A stretch of 39,853 nt of DNA from an uncultured virus (IMG/VR IMGVR_UViG_3300025072_000003). Taxonomy: Duplodnaviria; Heunggongvirae; Uroviricota; Caudoviricetes. The translations under genes were made by a program, and so were the position numbers. Positions within the stretch are counted from its first letter, which is position 1. Every line of letters starts with the position of its first letter. Positions 19,807 through 29,694 of this stretch are shown one piece after another. The notes below the pieces were generated by a model, which did not search any database, was not told the DNA's origin, and was given only the letters and a program-made list of their open reading frames with translations. The DNA lies in the IMG/VR virus record IMGVR_UViG_3300025072_000003, one strand, 5' to 3'.

Positions 19807-19999
19807 ACAAACGACTTATACACGATAACATCAAAAAAAAGACAACAAAAACAAGTAATTCTGACGATTCTGGCCATATGCCTGCAAGAAAAATGAATAA
19901 ACCAAATCCTGATAACAAAAACACTAAGGCTATTCTCTCCCACATCAAATGCATTTTAATCTCCTTAGGTAAGTTGACTGAAATTGACTTATATGACAT
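19796..19999 (-). CDS. Small membrane protein
   Basis: Two hydrophobic segments. Confidence 0.45.
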   Translation of the reverse strand: MSYKSISVNLPKEIKMHLMWERIALVFLLSGFGLFIFLAGIWPESSELLVFVVFFLMLSCISRLFGR

Positions 20000-20022
20000 T
20001 ATACTTCAAAAATAGGCGATTG

Positions 20023-20508
20023 TTACTGAATTTCTTCGAATATCATCTTTTCCCAGTTTTTACGTACTTTGTTCGCTTCAAACACCTCTCCATCAATGGC
20101 AACGTATACCCCAGGAGAGGTAGCAAGTTTCGCACAAGCTATGGCAAAGCCCAGATTAAACTCAGCATCGGAAGACTTAACTGACAAAGGAACCCAAGAA
20201 CCAGTCATGACAATCACGCCAGTTTCCCTAGACGCCAAATAACGAGCCGTATGCTCCATTGTGTCCGTGCCGTGAATTATCACTATAGGTTCATCCCTTA
20301 ACTCATAAGCCTTCTCATAGAGCAACTGACGGTCCTCTACGCCAATCTCGCGGGAATCCTTCAAATAACAACGATGAACCTCAATGTTATAAGTTAAATT
20401 AAAACGCCCCTTCAAGTCCTCAAGTTTTGAATCGTCTCCAAAACCCATTGAACCTGTGAGGGGCGAATATTCCTTCAAGAATGTACCACCAGTTGTAATG
20501 ATCCTCAA
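20023..20508 (-). CDS. Asparaginase N-terminal-domain protein
   Basis: IITTGGT, IIHGTDTM, VMTG and SDAEFNLGFA. Confidence 0.88.
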   Translation of the reverse strand: MRIITTGGTFLKEYSPLTGSMGFGDDSKLEDLKGRFNLTYNIEVHRCYLKDSREIGVEDRQLLYEKAYELRDEPIVIIHGTDTMEHTARYLASRETGVIVMTGSWVPLSVKSSDAEFNLGFAIACAKLATSPGVYVAIDGEVFEANKVRKNWEKMIFEEIQ

Positions 20509-20542
20509 TCTTCGCCCTCCGCAAGAATTGTCATAATTAAAC

Positions 20543-20938
20543 CTAATACAATTTCAATTCGCCAGTTATAACATCAATCTTATCAGGCTCATCAGGACCA
20601 ATGGCTAAGCAGGTTGGGGTTGGAACCCCATGAAACTCTGTCAAACCGCTATCAACGACCAAATGAACCTCTAAACCAGCTTCCTTGGCTTGCTTCTCAA
20701 TTTCCAAAAGATGTTCTTCCGAATCAACACGAACACACACTTTTGCAAATGAGTCTTTTAGCCATGCTTTCTCTACTTCTTTTAATTCAATTACAAAAGC
20801 GTCTTGTAGATCGCATGTTGATTCAAAATTAAACCTTCTTGTAATGAAAGCCATGGAAGCATGACTTGCTTGCGAGCACTCTTTGCCTCTTCGCATTTTT
20901 AGGTCTTTGCGAATGACAATAACTTGCTTCATTTTCAT
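20543..20938 (-). CDS. pth2: Peptidyl-tRNA hydrolase, Pth2 family
   Basis: KQVIVIRKDLKMRRGKxxSQxxHA and VVDSGLTEF...TCLAIGP...ITGELKLY. Confidence 0.93.
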   Translation of the reverse strand: MKMKQVIVIRKDLKMRRGKECSQASHASMAFITRRFNFESTCDLQDAFVIELKEVEKAWLKDSFAKVCVRVDSEEHLLEIEKQAKEAGLEVHLVVDSGLTEFHGVPTPTCLAIGPDEPDKIDVITGELKLY

Positions 20939-21462
20939 TTTGCACCAGATCTTGAATTAAAATATCCACCACCAAAAGTATTAGCAACCGTAGCGTTAGC
21001 CGATACTGTCACCATCTCTCTAAATGTCGGCTCCCACTTATCCCAAGCATCCTTGGTATAAGAATCATAAGTGCATGCCTGACCAGTCATCCATCTCAAA
21101 ACAAAATTGCTTCCATTTGCCTCAAATGGAATGACCAATGCTGGAAATGTTGTGTATTTGTATTTGCACTTTTCCTCATCACAACATTTTACCATTTTTT
21201 TAGCCCATTGCAAATACTCTTCTTCATTAAATGGAAATGAATCAGAGAATGAAACGTCTTTGCTGGACAATTTCCCGTGCTCGGAAAGATAACTAACAAC
21301 CTTGTCCTGTGTGCCATCTATGTCTTTAAATGATTCCAACTCTTCTGTAGGAGTCGTTCCCAATCTGGCACATGCTTCGGCATATCTATTATAATTAATT
21401 CTGTCTAAATCTTCATTGGCTTTTCTAATGCTCTCTTGGAGCTTCAGATCAAAATCGTCCAT
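20935..21462 (-). CDS. Hypothetical protein
   Basis: 175-aa ORF overlapping the pth2 start. Confidence 0.65.
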   Translation of the reverse strand: MDDFDLKLQESIRKANEDLDRINYNRYAEACARLGTTPTEELESFKDIDGTQDKVVSYLSEHGKLSSKDVSFSDSFPFNEEEYLQWAKKMVKCCDEEKCKYKYTTFPALVIPFEANGSNFVLRWMTGQACTYDSYTKDAWDKWEPTFREMVTVSANATVANTFGGGYFNSRSGAK

Positions 21463-21510
21463 CTCTATGTGCGTCTCTCTCTTAGGGTGCTATTTCATGC
21501 CATTATATAG

Positions 21511-21585
<75 letters not shown>

Positions 21586-21738
21586 CACGAATCTCTTGCG
21601 AGAACCAAAGATTCAATTAAATCGTCTATATCATCCTTACTATCCAACTTAAATAAATAATGCGACCCTGGCGTAATATCAGTATGTAAAATTAGAGTAA
21701 TTTCTTCCGCATGATTTAATGATGCATGCCAATTTCTC

Positions 21739-22290
21739 TTAGTTGTTGTTTGCATTTTCAACGAACTCATCTTTAATATGTGTCATTTCTTGCATAATGG
21801 AACGACCAATCTCTTCCATAAGATCTTTGTGCAAATCTTCCTTGTAATTGTAAAACACACTGTCTTTACTTGATTCCGACAAATACCAAGCACCTGAATC
21901 TAACTCTTTTTGCAACTGATTTGGCTTCCAACGAGCATAACCTAGATAAAAGCGAGAATCCATACAATCTAACTCAATTAAATTGTTCAAGCCATTAGAG
22001 ACAAGCCATATACCGTCTACCACCTTATGACATCCATCAGATAGGTCTTCTCGACAATGAAGTGCTGTGATGGGGCAAAGAACTGGACCACCAGAATGGA
22101 TAAATCCATTATTGTCAATCTTTTTGTCGAAAGCGTCTATCCATACTTCTTTCAAAGAAATTGGACCTGCTCGATTGACAACTAGCCCTATTGTTCCTTT
22201 TTTATCATCATGACTGATGATAAAAACTACCGTCTTTCTAAATGCAGGGTCTTGCAAGGTTGGATGTGATACGAGTAATTTGCCCTTCAT
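21739..22290 (-). CDS. YqgE/AlgH family protein
   Basis: GKLLVSHPxLxDPxFRKTVV, GLVVNR, GGPV and FYLGYARWxPNQLxxEL. Confidence 0.88.
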   Translation of the reverse strand: MKGKLLVSHPTLQDPAFRKTVVFIISHDDKKGTIGLVVNRAGPISLKEVWIDAFDKKIDNNGFIHSGGPVLCPITALHCREDLSDGCHKVVDGIWLVSNGLNNLIELDCMDSRFYLGYARWKPNQLQKELDSGAWYLSESSKDSVFYNYKEDLHKDLMEEIGRSIMQEMTHIKDEFVENANNN

Positions 22291-22304
22291 TGCTAAATAC
22301 CTTT

Positions 22305-22439
22305 ATGAAGAATTTCAAACTATGGCTAGAAGAAAAAGAAAAAGAACGTCTTGAAATCGCACGACTTGGCAAATCTAAAAGAGAGCCTGTTAGAGTAGCC
22401 AGAATATACACTCAAAAGAAAAAACAAAAAGCTAAGTAG
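22305..22439 (+). CDS. Small protein with FKxWLE N-terminus
   Basis: Starts MKNFKLWLEE, preceded by CTAAATA; an isolated plus-strand gene. Confidence 0.5.
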   Translation: MKNFKLWLEEKEKERLEIARLGKSKREPVRVARIYTQKKKQKAK

Positions 22440-22601
22440 GAAATTCTAACTTCCATGCATGAGGTCTGTACCTTCTAGGAATGCGAAGGGTCAATTCGCC
22501 ATCTTTCATTTCTTCCTCAAACGGAACATTGTGACTCACTATGTAGGTCTTATAAGCTTCTATGCAATCCACTGGACAACTTAGCCATTGATAATCTTCG
22601 C

Positions 22602-22871
22602 TCATATCCTAAACAACCTCTTGTAATAGGGCGTTTTTTTTAATTTGCGTCCATGTTCATTCTTCATGTTTCCAACACCAGAAAAATTTGCCCAAGAAGA
22701 AACAATTGAATTGCTTGGCTTTGTCCTTACTATCCTAGCCCATAACCAATGTCCATTTATAAGAACATGATCATTAACAATTCTCGCCGTTGCAATATCG
22801 TCTATCAATTCCGCCCATTGTAAGTGCAAATCACGTTCTGAATCTATATTGATCCATTTGTATTCTGTCAT
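22602..22871 (-). CDS. Hypothetical protein
   Basis: 89-aa ORF. Confidence 0.5.
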   Translation of the reverse strand: MTEYKWINIDSERDLHLQWAELIDDIATARIVNDHVLINGHWLWARIVRTKPSNSIVSSWANFSGVGNMKNEHGRKLKKTPYYKRLFRI

Positions 22872-22929
22872 TTTTTAACTCGATGAGGATTCTTCACTTT
22901 TTTCAATTGTTCTTGATATTCGTTCATAG

Positions 22930-23012
22930 TGGAAACGGAGGGACTTGAACCCTCATCTCTCATGGTCCATTGGATTTCAACATAAGGCTCTGCCAAATTG
23001 AGCTACATTCCC
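22930..23012 (-). tRNA. tRNA-Phe (GAA)-like with 9-nt anticodon-loop insertion
   Basis: Normal acceptor, D and T arms. The stem TTATG/CATGA encloses the 16-nt loop TTGAAA[TCCAATGGA]C. Confidence 0.6.
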
Positions 23013-23029
23013 TTAATCTCTCAAAAACG

Positions 23030-23566
23030 TCATTGAGCATTTCCATTCGTGTATTGAAACACTTCTATAATTCTATCTAATCTATCCTGCGTAACATCTG
23101 AACTCATTAAATTATCTGAACTCATTAAATTAATCGTCCAGTTTTCTGATTGTCCTGTTATTCTAGCTCCAAAATCAGGATATTGCCCCAATTGGTACAT
23201 ATTGCCTCGCTTCATGACTTTTATCCCTCTTCCAAGAAAGGAACTTAACATTGAAGCAACCTCTTTTTGACTTCTAATTTTGTTTAATATATTAAATTCA
23301 ACCTGAGACAAACTAGAATTAAATTTAATATATTCATCACCAATGGCGAAATCAAACAATTCAATTTCATCTGTTTTGTCATTCGCCCCATAAGCTTTAG
23401 CAATCCATTTCCCGCTTTTGTTAATTAGGAATGTTGATAGCGACCCCTCATGTTTGGCTTCCATAATAATACCGTTATTACGTTCTATACGAAAGTATTT
23501 GGCGTCTTCATAGTCGGTCCAAATAGTATCTTCTGTATAAAAATTAACTGTATGCCAGTCACGCAA
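23030..23566 (-). CDS. Hypothetical protein
   Basis: 178-aa ORF containing an 18-nt in-frame tandem duplication. Confidence 0.6.
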   Translation of the reverse strand: MRDWHTVNFYTEDTIWTDYEDAKYFRIERNNGIIMEAKHEGSLSTFLINKSGKWIAKAYGANDKTDEIELFDFAIGDEYIKFNSSLSQVEFNILNKIRSQKEVASMLSSFLGRGIKVMKRGNMYQLGQYPDFGARITGQSENWTINLMSSDNLMSSDVTQDRLDRIIEVFQYTNGNAQ

Positions 23567-23593
23567 AACAGATTTAACACCATTTCTGTCATC

Positions 23594-23782
23594 TTACTTC
23601 TCCAACTTATACCATCCATAAAACGGCAAAACTACAAAAAATCCTATCATTCCCATTTTAACCACACCTAACATAACTCCGTCAAGATATGTTTCGACTT
23701 CCCCTGGCGTTGATTGAAATATCATAGGAAGTTCAATCAACCAAAAAACGGACAGCCACAAAAGATACCAACTCCATTTCAT
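23594..23782 (-). CDS. Small membrane protein
   Basis: Starts MKWSWYLLW; two hydrophobic helices. Confidence 0.55.
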   Translation of the reverse strand: MKWSWYLLWLSVFWLIELPMIFQSTPGEVETYLDGVMLGVVKMGMIGFFVVLPFYGWYKLEK

Positions 23783-23783
23783 T

Positions 23784-24158
23784 TTAATAGCTTTCATACA
23801 AGAATTTGCACAAATAAGGTTCTCCATCATCGCCTAAAGCTGCGAACTCATCTTGAACCTCTTGAAAAGTTTCATCTAATTCTCTTTTGTCGGTCATCCT
23901 CTTCAAAGCAATTCCAATATATACTTTGCCATTAGATTCGCAATTTGTAGGGAAAAATTTAAGATTGTTTCCAACCTTCTCTTCTTCCCACATGGAACTT
24001 AATTCCCATTCATTGTCACCAAAACGCAACACTTCTGTTTCCACAGACTTTGGCATTGGCTCGCCTGTGTCTGGATTGTACTTAGTGACAGTTTCAACAT
24101 TTGTTGCACGAATGACCTCTGCGCCAACAATAACCCTAGAATATGCATCGTATCCCAT
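23784..24158 (-). CDS. Hypothetical protein
   Basis: Start reassigned to MGYDAY because the upstream part overlaps tRNA-Val. Confidence 0.65.
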   Translation of the reverse strand: MGYDAYSRVIVGAEVIRATNVETVTKYNPDTGEPMPKSVETEVLRFGDNEWELSSMWEEEKVGNNLKFFPTNCESNGKVYIGIALKRMTDKRELDETFQEVQDEFAALGDDGEPYLCKFLYESY

Positions 24159-24207
24159 TTCACACTTCTCTTTCTGACAAACGATAATGAAATAAATAAA
24201 CAATAAG

Positions 24208-24281
24208 TAGACGATACAGGATTCGAACCTGTGACCCTCTGCGTGTAAAGCAGATGCGCTAACCAACTGCGCTAATCGTCC
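24208..24281 (-). tRNA. tRNA-Val (TAC)
   Basis: Cloverleaf with anticodon arm TCTGC-TTTACAC-GCAGA. Confidence 0.93.
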
Positions 24282-24325
24282 AAACCACTATTGGAACAAT
24301 TTCTTGATCCAACCAGTAAATCGGT

Positions 24326-24571
24326 TTAAGCGGCTAATCTTAGCCTCTCTCCCTCCTTGTCATCGCATGCAATCACATTCTCTCCTGACACGGAAGCCTT
24401 TCTTACGCGAATAACAACCCACCCACGATCAAAAGAACCATTCTTCACTCTTATTTTAATCTGCTTTCCAAACTTAGCCAACTTCTCTTCAAGCCAAATT
24501 AACCTTACGTTCTTTCCTTTTTTAATTTTGCACAAAATTAATCTTTCCATGGGTTCCTCCTTTTTGGTCAC
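24326..24571 (-). CDS. Hypothetical protein
   Basis: Basic ORF of about 75-81 aa. Confidence 0.55.
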   Translation of the reverse strand: MTKKEEPMERLILCKIKKGKNVRLIWLEEKLAKFGKQIKIRVKNGSFDRGWVVIRVRKASVSGENVIACDDKEGERLRLAA

Positions 24572-24626
24572 TATATCTATAATTAGTAACTCGATAAGTG
24601 GAGGAGACTTATAGACTTACAGACCG

Positions 24627-24920
24627 TTACCTTTCCCCCCTCTTTTCGATTTTAACCTCATATCCAAAAATATATGCCAGCACAATTGCTGGGAATCCTA
24701 CAAATGCAATCACGGCTCTTGAAAAGCCATCAGCCACTTCACTGCGAACTTCATTTGCAGCGTCAGCAGTGACCGTCCTTTCAGATTTAGTAGAAGAGAT
24801 TTTAGTAACAAAAAATCCCATCTTCCTAATTCTTGCCTGTGCTTCCTCTGAACTATCCGCTTTAATAATGTCTCTGATCTCTTGACCAGAGGCATCCATA
24901 GCTTCATATCTGTAAATCAT
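24627..24920 (-). CDS. PilC/GspF N-terminal-domain-like small membrane protein
   Basis: YRYEAMDASGQEIRDIIKADSSEEAQARIRKMGFFVTKI resembles the T2SS-F/PilC N-terminus. One C-terminal TM helix. Confidence 0.65.
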   Translation of the reverse strand: MIYRYEAMDASGQEIRDIIKADSSEEAQARIRKMGFFVTKISSTKSERTVTADAANEVRSEVADGFSRAVIAFVGFPAIVLAYIFGYEVKIEKRGER

Positions 24921-24921
24921 T

Positions 24922-25254
24922 CTAATCCCACCTTCCAGACTCTTTTTCTAGCCTACGAGCCTCTTCTGCGTTTTCTAACGTGGAATAAATTCCAGTTATC
25001 TTTGCGCCAATATAGCCATTGTAATCTTCCGGCTTTTCACTAAGATCGTAATACAATTTCCTGCCACCAACATGAACCTTATCAACAATCTGTTTTTCGA
25101 TTTCAGAATATCCTGGGCAGATTCCCAAAATATAAATGTCCATTCCCGACTCTATTTTAATTCCATCTGCTGTATGGGCAATTCCAAGAAATTCGTCAGA
25201 ATATCCAGAATCATTTCTAGCCAATTCAAGCAACATTTCTTTATTTCTTGCCAT
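24922..25254 (-). CDS. Hypothetical protein
   Basis: 110-aa ORF, tightly tiled. Confidence 0.65.
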   Translation of the reverse strand: MARNKEMLLELARNDSGYSDEFLGIAHTADGIKIESGMDIYILGICPGYSEIEKQIVDKVHVGGRKLYYDLSEKPEDYNGYIGAKITGIYSTLENAEEARRLEKESGRWD

Positions 25255-25814
25255 TAAAATGAATCCAAATACTTTTTGACAGATTTCCCTGCCTTGTAAA
25301 AAATGTTTTCCCTTCTCGGAAGCCTTTCCTGAAACTCTCTCAACACTTCTTTTATTCTTACCGCTGCCATGGCAGCAGGAATGTTTTCTGGGACTCTTTT
25401 CTTTATTTCATCCCAACCATCGCCTTTGACATAATCAGTCATCCCACTCATTCCTTTAGCCAAGTTCCAGACTTGATAACCCCACTTGTATTCCCATTTG
25501 TGTATTGGCTTTCTGTTTCTTGCATGAATATTTCTCTTTACTGCTAAGGATGCGGACCTCTCTTTTGACGATTGAAAACCAGTCTTATGCTTTTTGGGCT
25601 TAGCCTTAAGAAGGTCTATAATTAAACCCATCTTATTCATCGTCGTATCAAGATGATCGGCTTCAACTTTTGCTTTCACAAAATTAACGAGTGGATACAA
25701 TCCATTGAATCCACGGTGGACAGATTCCATGTCATCTTTGTTTGTGAAAATAGGAGAGACTATTTTTTTGCCATCTAACAAAAAATAAACATACTTCATT
25801 TCAATTATCCTCAT
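25254..25814 (-). CDS. Hypothetical protein
   Basis: 186-aa basic ORF. Confidence 0.65.
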   Translation of the reverse strand: MRIIEMKYVYFLLDGKKIVSPIFTNKDDMESVHRGFNGLYPLVNFVKAKVEADHLDTTMNKMGLIIDLLKAKPKKHKTGFQSSKERSASLAVKRNIHARNRKPIHKWEYKWGYQVWNLAKGMSGMTDYVKGDGWDEIKKRVPENIPAAMAAVRIKEVLREFQERLPRRENIFYKAGKSVKKYLDSF

Positions 25815-25881
25815 TCCATTCCAAAGCTTCAGAACGACTAAGTAATTTAAAATTATAGATTGTATTTCCCTTTCTAAAAAG

Positions 25882-25955
<74 letters not shown>

Positions 25956-25961
25956 AAATCC

Positions 25962-26489
25962 TTATCTTCTGTCTCTATTGTCTAAAAATTCAATGTCCAA
26001 GAGAGGCGTCTCTCCCAACTGAGCGTATTCATCGCCATCATATTCAAGCAAGCCAACATCGTTCCACTCTGTTTCAATGTTTTGCCAATCATACTTGACA
26101 TTAGGGTCTTCGGCTATTACTCTCTCATGATTTTCGATTACCTGAGTGATTAAATCACGACCGGCTGCATCGCATCGCTGTCCAAAGATTTCTTCAAAAC
26201 CACACAATGAATATCCAGTATCCATTTGCCACTTCATGTACTCTTCTATGGAAAACTCTCTCTTATACCAAGCAGAACACATAGCATTCAGATCAATATT
26301 GTAAGGGCGACGTACATGCTCTAGGTCATTACCCATCTCTCCTTCTAAAACCCAACGATTGAGACGATTCCTTTTCCATCTCCACGTTCCATTATCGTCT
26401 TCAATTACAGTGTGACGAAACATCATCGAGAGCAATTCAATATCACGCCCATAAGTCTCAGCCACGCGATCTAAATTCACAACAGTCAT
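25962..26489 (-). CDS. Hypothetical protein
   Basis: Start reassigned to MTVVNL because the upstream part overlaps a tRNA. Confidence 0.65.
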   Translation of the reverse strand: MTVVNLDRVAETYGRDIELLSMMFRHTVIEDDNGTWRWKRNRLNRWVLEGEMGNDLEHVRRPYNIDLNAMCSAWYKREFSIEEYMKWQMDTGYSLCGFEEIFGQRCDAAGRDLITQVIENHERVIAEDPNVKYDWQNIETEWNDVGLLEYDGDEYAQLGETPLLDIEFLDNRDRR

Positions 26490-26527
26490 TTTTAATCTCT
26501 GCAAAAATAAAGACAAGAAACAAAAAG

Positions 26528-26623
26528 AGGCCAGGGTGAGACTCGAACTCACGACAATCGGATTAACTTCGTAGGGCTATCTAACCCAAAGTCCGACGCT
26601 CTAACCAACTGAGCTACCTAGCC
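26528..26623 (-). tRNA. tRNA with 22-nt anticodon-loop intron-like insertion (Lys-TTT if spliced at 34/35, Asn-GTT if at 33/34)
   Basis: Intact acceptor, D and T arms. TCGGA/TCCGA encloses the 29-nt loop CTTTGGGTTAGATAGCCCTACGAAGTTAA. Confidence 0.75.
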
Positions 26624-26626
26624 AAG

Positions 26627-26697
26627 AGCGTGTGAGGAGAATCGAACTCCTGTCATCAGGATGGAAACCTGAGGTAATACCATTATACGACACACGC
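26627..26697 (-). tRNA. tRNA-Gly (TCC)
   Basis: Anticodon arm TCAGG-TTTCCAT-CCTGA. Confidence 0.92.
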
Positions 26698-26744
26698 AAA
26701 AAACTTATCGAGAGGACACCACATTCGTCATCACTCCCGACAAG

Positions 26745-26975
26745 TCAAATTCTTCCTTCTGATCTCATCTTAAATAAAACATTCCCTCTTCGCCTGCCGC
26801 CTATTATGCATACAATGTGACCTCTTGTGCAATTGTATTTGTCGGCATACTCTTGTTCTTTTCCTCTGGCGTTTAAGATTATATCTTCAACTTCCTTATC
26901 TGTAAGCTTGTCTCCTTGCCTGCGTTTCCATCCCCATTTTGGTTCTAGTTGCACAATCAAGTCCTTTCTTTTCAA
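26745..26975 (-). CDS. Small HTH-like protein
   Basis: KLTDKEVEDI...YADKYNCTRGHIVCII resembles HNH-associated HTH tails. Confidence 0.45.
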   Translation of the reverse strand: MKRKDLIVQLEPKWGWKRRQGDKLTDKEVEDIILNARGKEQEYADKYNCTRGHIVCIIGGRRRGNVLFKMRSEGRI

Positions 26976-26976
26976 G

Positions 26977-27050
26977 TAGGGCAGGGAGGAATTGAACCTC
27001 CGACCTGTCGCTTATAAGACGACCGCTTCTTACCACTGAGCTACTGCCCC
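26977..27050 (-). tRNA. tRNA-Ile (TAT)
   Basis: Anticodon arm GTCGT-CTTATAA-GCGAC; A73. Confidence 0.88.
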
Positions 27051-27442
27051 TCATCTTCTGTATATGACATCCATGTTTCTAAATACGTCCCAAATCCCTT
27101 TGGAAACTTAACTTCATTTTGTCTGAGAACATAACGAGCATGATCTCGCTCCAATGCTTCCCTCCTTGCTACCTGCCTTCTAACCACCTCTTCTGCTGCT
27201 GGTTGCACTACGACGCTTTTGTAAACGCCTCTCATTACAAACCATGGCAAAAACACAAACCAAAATAATGAAATAAAAGTCGCAACAACATAAAGCTTTA
27301 TTGCTTCACGACCCTCTCCTTCATTGAATCCCTTTGCTACATTATACGTTAAATATAACATAAACGCAAACGTAACTAAAGATCCAACAAAGTATCCTCC
27401 AACAAGAATGTTCATCAGAGACTCCATTTTATGCCTCCCCAC
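27041..27442 (-). CDS. Hypothetical membrane protein
   Basis: Two TM segments. Confidence 0.6.
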   Translation of the reverse strand: MGRHKMESLMNILVGGYFVGSLVTFAFMLYLTYNVAKGFNEGEGREAIKLYVVATFISLFWFVFLPWFVMRGVYKSVVVQPAAEEVVRRQVARREALERDHARYVLRQNEVKFPKGFGTYLETWMSYTEDEGQ

Positions 27443-28457
27443 TTCTCCTCATTCCTTCTTCCATGTCACGCAACGACATAACTGCATCAATGTGTACCAC
27501 TGCATCGTCGCCATCTAAGTCAACGACTTCTTTTTCGCCATCATCAGACTTTTTAGTCATCTGAGTCATCAAAGCTGCTGCTGTCGCCGCCCTCTCCTTC
27601 CTTCTCTGATCTTCCGCTTCCTGTCTTTTTTGCTTTTCTTCTTTTTCAAATTGAACGACTTCTTCACGCTCTTGATCAAGGAAAGACTTGATTTCCTCTT
27701 CTTCGACAAGCTCTAAAATTTCTTTATAGGACTTTAATTTGACTTCGCAATCTTTAGCAACTCTCTCAGCCTCATCTCTTCTTGACTTGATGGAGTCGGC
27801 AGCTAACACCAATTGCTTTTCTTCAGCGAATTTTATCAAAGATTCAAAACTTGTGAAATGAATAGATACACGTCCTGTTGGGTGAGATGGAATGACAACA
27901 GTTATATTGTCTGCTTCTCCATCTTCGCCAAGATATAAATAACTTTCATCATCACAATCAATAAACTTCAATGATTCGCCCATCAATGCAACTGGCTTGG
28001 TTGAGATAATTTTATCGCTTTTGACAACCCAAGAAGTCATGCCAAAAGAGTCTTCCTCTTCTACGATCTTGGCAATCAAATCAGATTCCTGCGAACCTAT
28101 TGTCTCCAGTCTTCCCTGTCGCTGTTCTTGCTCTTTCTCCAAATCAGACCTTGATTTTTGAATCGCAGCTAATTTTATCTTCAAATTCTTTACGTTTACA
28201 GGCTGTTTTACAGGCTGTTCCTCAACGACATCAACAGCCTCAACAGCTTCCGCCTCTTCTGGACCATCCATCATCTTGTTCACTGCCTCAATAGCCGTTT
28301 CTGTCATAGCTTCTTTTCTCGTTTCCGCTAATTGTTGGACCACTTTTTCAGCAGCATCTTCTTTGGCAACTCTATCATCTGATAATTTTTGCATCGCACT
28401 ATCTGCCTTCTTTTGTCTGTATTCTTCTTTTACTTTTTGCAAGTCCGCTTTGTCCAT
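27429..28457 (-). CDS. Coiled-coil protein
   Basis: E/K/A-rich. Start reassigned to MDKADL. Confidence 0.7.
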   Translation of the reverse strand: MDKADLQKVKEEYRQKKADSAMQKLSDDRVAKEDAAEKVVQQLAETRKEAMTETAIEAVNKMMDGPEEAEAVEAVDVVEEQPVKQPVNVKNLKIKLAAIQKSRSDLEKEQEQRQGRLETIGSQESDLIAKIVEEEDSFGMTSWVVKSDKIISTKPVALMGESLKFIDCDDESYLYLGEDGEADNITVVIPSHPTGRVSIHFTSFESLIKFAEEKQLVLAADSIKSRRDEAERVAKDCEVKLKSYKEILELVEEEEIKSFLDQEREEVVQFEKEEKQKRQEAEDQRRKERAATAAALMTQMTKKSDDGEKEVVDLDGDDAVVHIDAVMSLRDMEEGMRRSGEA

Positions 28458-28498
28458 AACATTTCTCCCAACAAATCTGTAAAAAGCTGTAAAAATAG

Positions 28499-28570
28499 CG
28501 ACCTTACGGAGGATCGAACTCCGATTGCCAGCTTGAAAAGCTGGAGTCCTGACCATTAGACGATAAGGCC
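28499..28570 (-). tRNA. tRNA-Glu (TTC)
   Basis: Anticodon arm CCAGC-TTTTCAA-GCTGG. Confidence 0.92.
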
Positions 28571-28627
28571 GAAACGGTCGAATGTACTACATTATACTTC
28601 AATTACATCCAACCGTAAACCAAATTC

Positions 28628-28918
28628 TCAAAAATTGCCGTAATCTTCGTAAAAATCAGACAATTGACTCTCAAAATCATCATTCGCACGCATATCGTGG
28701 TGTGAAAGATGACCAAGCAATTTGCTGCTGTGACAGATAAAACAGCGTGGTTTCCCACAATCAAATGGTTTTCTCTTGCGGAACCTGCCAACTTGCTTGT
28801 CGCAGTCAATCGCAGGATCTTCACCTCTGCCGAACTCTATGTTACTCTGAACTAGACTTCTGTGACGTTTTCGCCACTCTCTTTCGCTTCGATGATACTC
28901 CTCGTGCCATCTCTTCAT
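28628..28918 (-). CDS. Hypothetical protein with CxxxxCxxC motif
   Basis: AGGAGG RBS before MKRWHEE; DCGKPRCFICH. Confidence 0.7.
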   Translation of the reverse strand: MKRWHEEYHRSEREWRKRHRSLVQSNIEFGRGEDPAIDCDKQVGRFRKRKPFDCGKPRCFICHSSKLLGHLSHHDMRANDDFESQLSDFYEDYGNF

Positions 28919-29021
28919 AATTACCTCCTGGTGGTGGTATAGAACCAAAAATTGAAAGGCTCTCCACTAAGGTAATTGAATTAAATTTGCACATGTTATT
29001 TCTCCTGTTAATTGTTAAAAG

Positions 29022-29096
29022 TACCCCCGGTTGGAATCGAACCAACGACCTCCACTTCCGCAAAGTGGCGCTCTTAATCCCCTGAGCTACGAGGGC
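29022..29096 (-). tRNA. tRNA-Arg (GCG)
   Basis: Anticodon arm CCACT-TTGCGGA-AGTGG; body resembles the other Arg tRNAs. Confidence 0.88.
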
Positions 29097-29243
29097 GTAA
29101 TATTTTTATTTATTGTTTTCCCATACAGTTGGTTTTCACACTCTTGACAAAAAATCTCTTCCTCTCCAATAGTACCCAATCAAGGAAGCGAGCCTTGTCT
29201 TTCAGTTTCGAAGACTGACGTGCATCCATCACACTCATCGGGC

Positions 29244-29693
29244 TTATAAATAATCGTCTTCACCTTCAACTTCTTTATCAAAATTAATAAAGTCTTCCAT
29301 TTCAAAAGCGAACCCTCTTATAACAGGGGACACCTCCTCTATGTTCATTTGACCTTCTTCAAACTTCCAAATTGGAACAAAACCAGATTTTTCTAAGTGG
29401 CTACGAAGCTCTTGGTATATCTCCCTTTCGGTGCAAGCCATATCATCTATTTTTGATTTAGCAGATCTTACGGCTTTCCCAAAATCACTTAAACTCTTTC
29501 CGACTGCCAAATACCATTGGTCGTCAATGCCTTCGTCATCTTTTATTGATAAATTAAACGTTCTTAGACCGCTTTCATTCATCGCCAAACATACTTCACA
29601 TTCACAATTTGAAGGGTGCTTTATTGGTTCCATAACTCTTTCCTTAAAAACGGGTCTTAGTATGTTGCAATCGTATACCAAAACACGCTTCAA
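29244..29693 (-). CDS. Hypothetical protein
   Basis: ORF of about 130-149 aa with HPSNCECEVC. Confidence 0.6.
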   Translation of the reverse strand: MKRVLVYDCNILRPVFKERVMEPIKHPSNCECEVCLAMNESGLRTFNLSIKDDEGIDDQWYLAVGKSLSDFGKAVRSAKSKIDDMACTEREIYQELRSHLEKSGFVPIWKFEEGQMNIEEVSPVIRGFAFEMEDFINFDKEVEGEDDYL

Positions 29694-29694
29694 A

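Noticed and set aside
23096..23131. 18-nt tandem duplication
   Set aside because: An in-frame slippage duplication (LMSSDN/LMSSDV) with no further structure.
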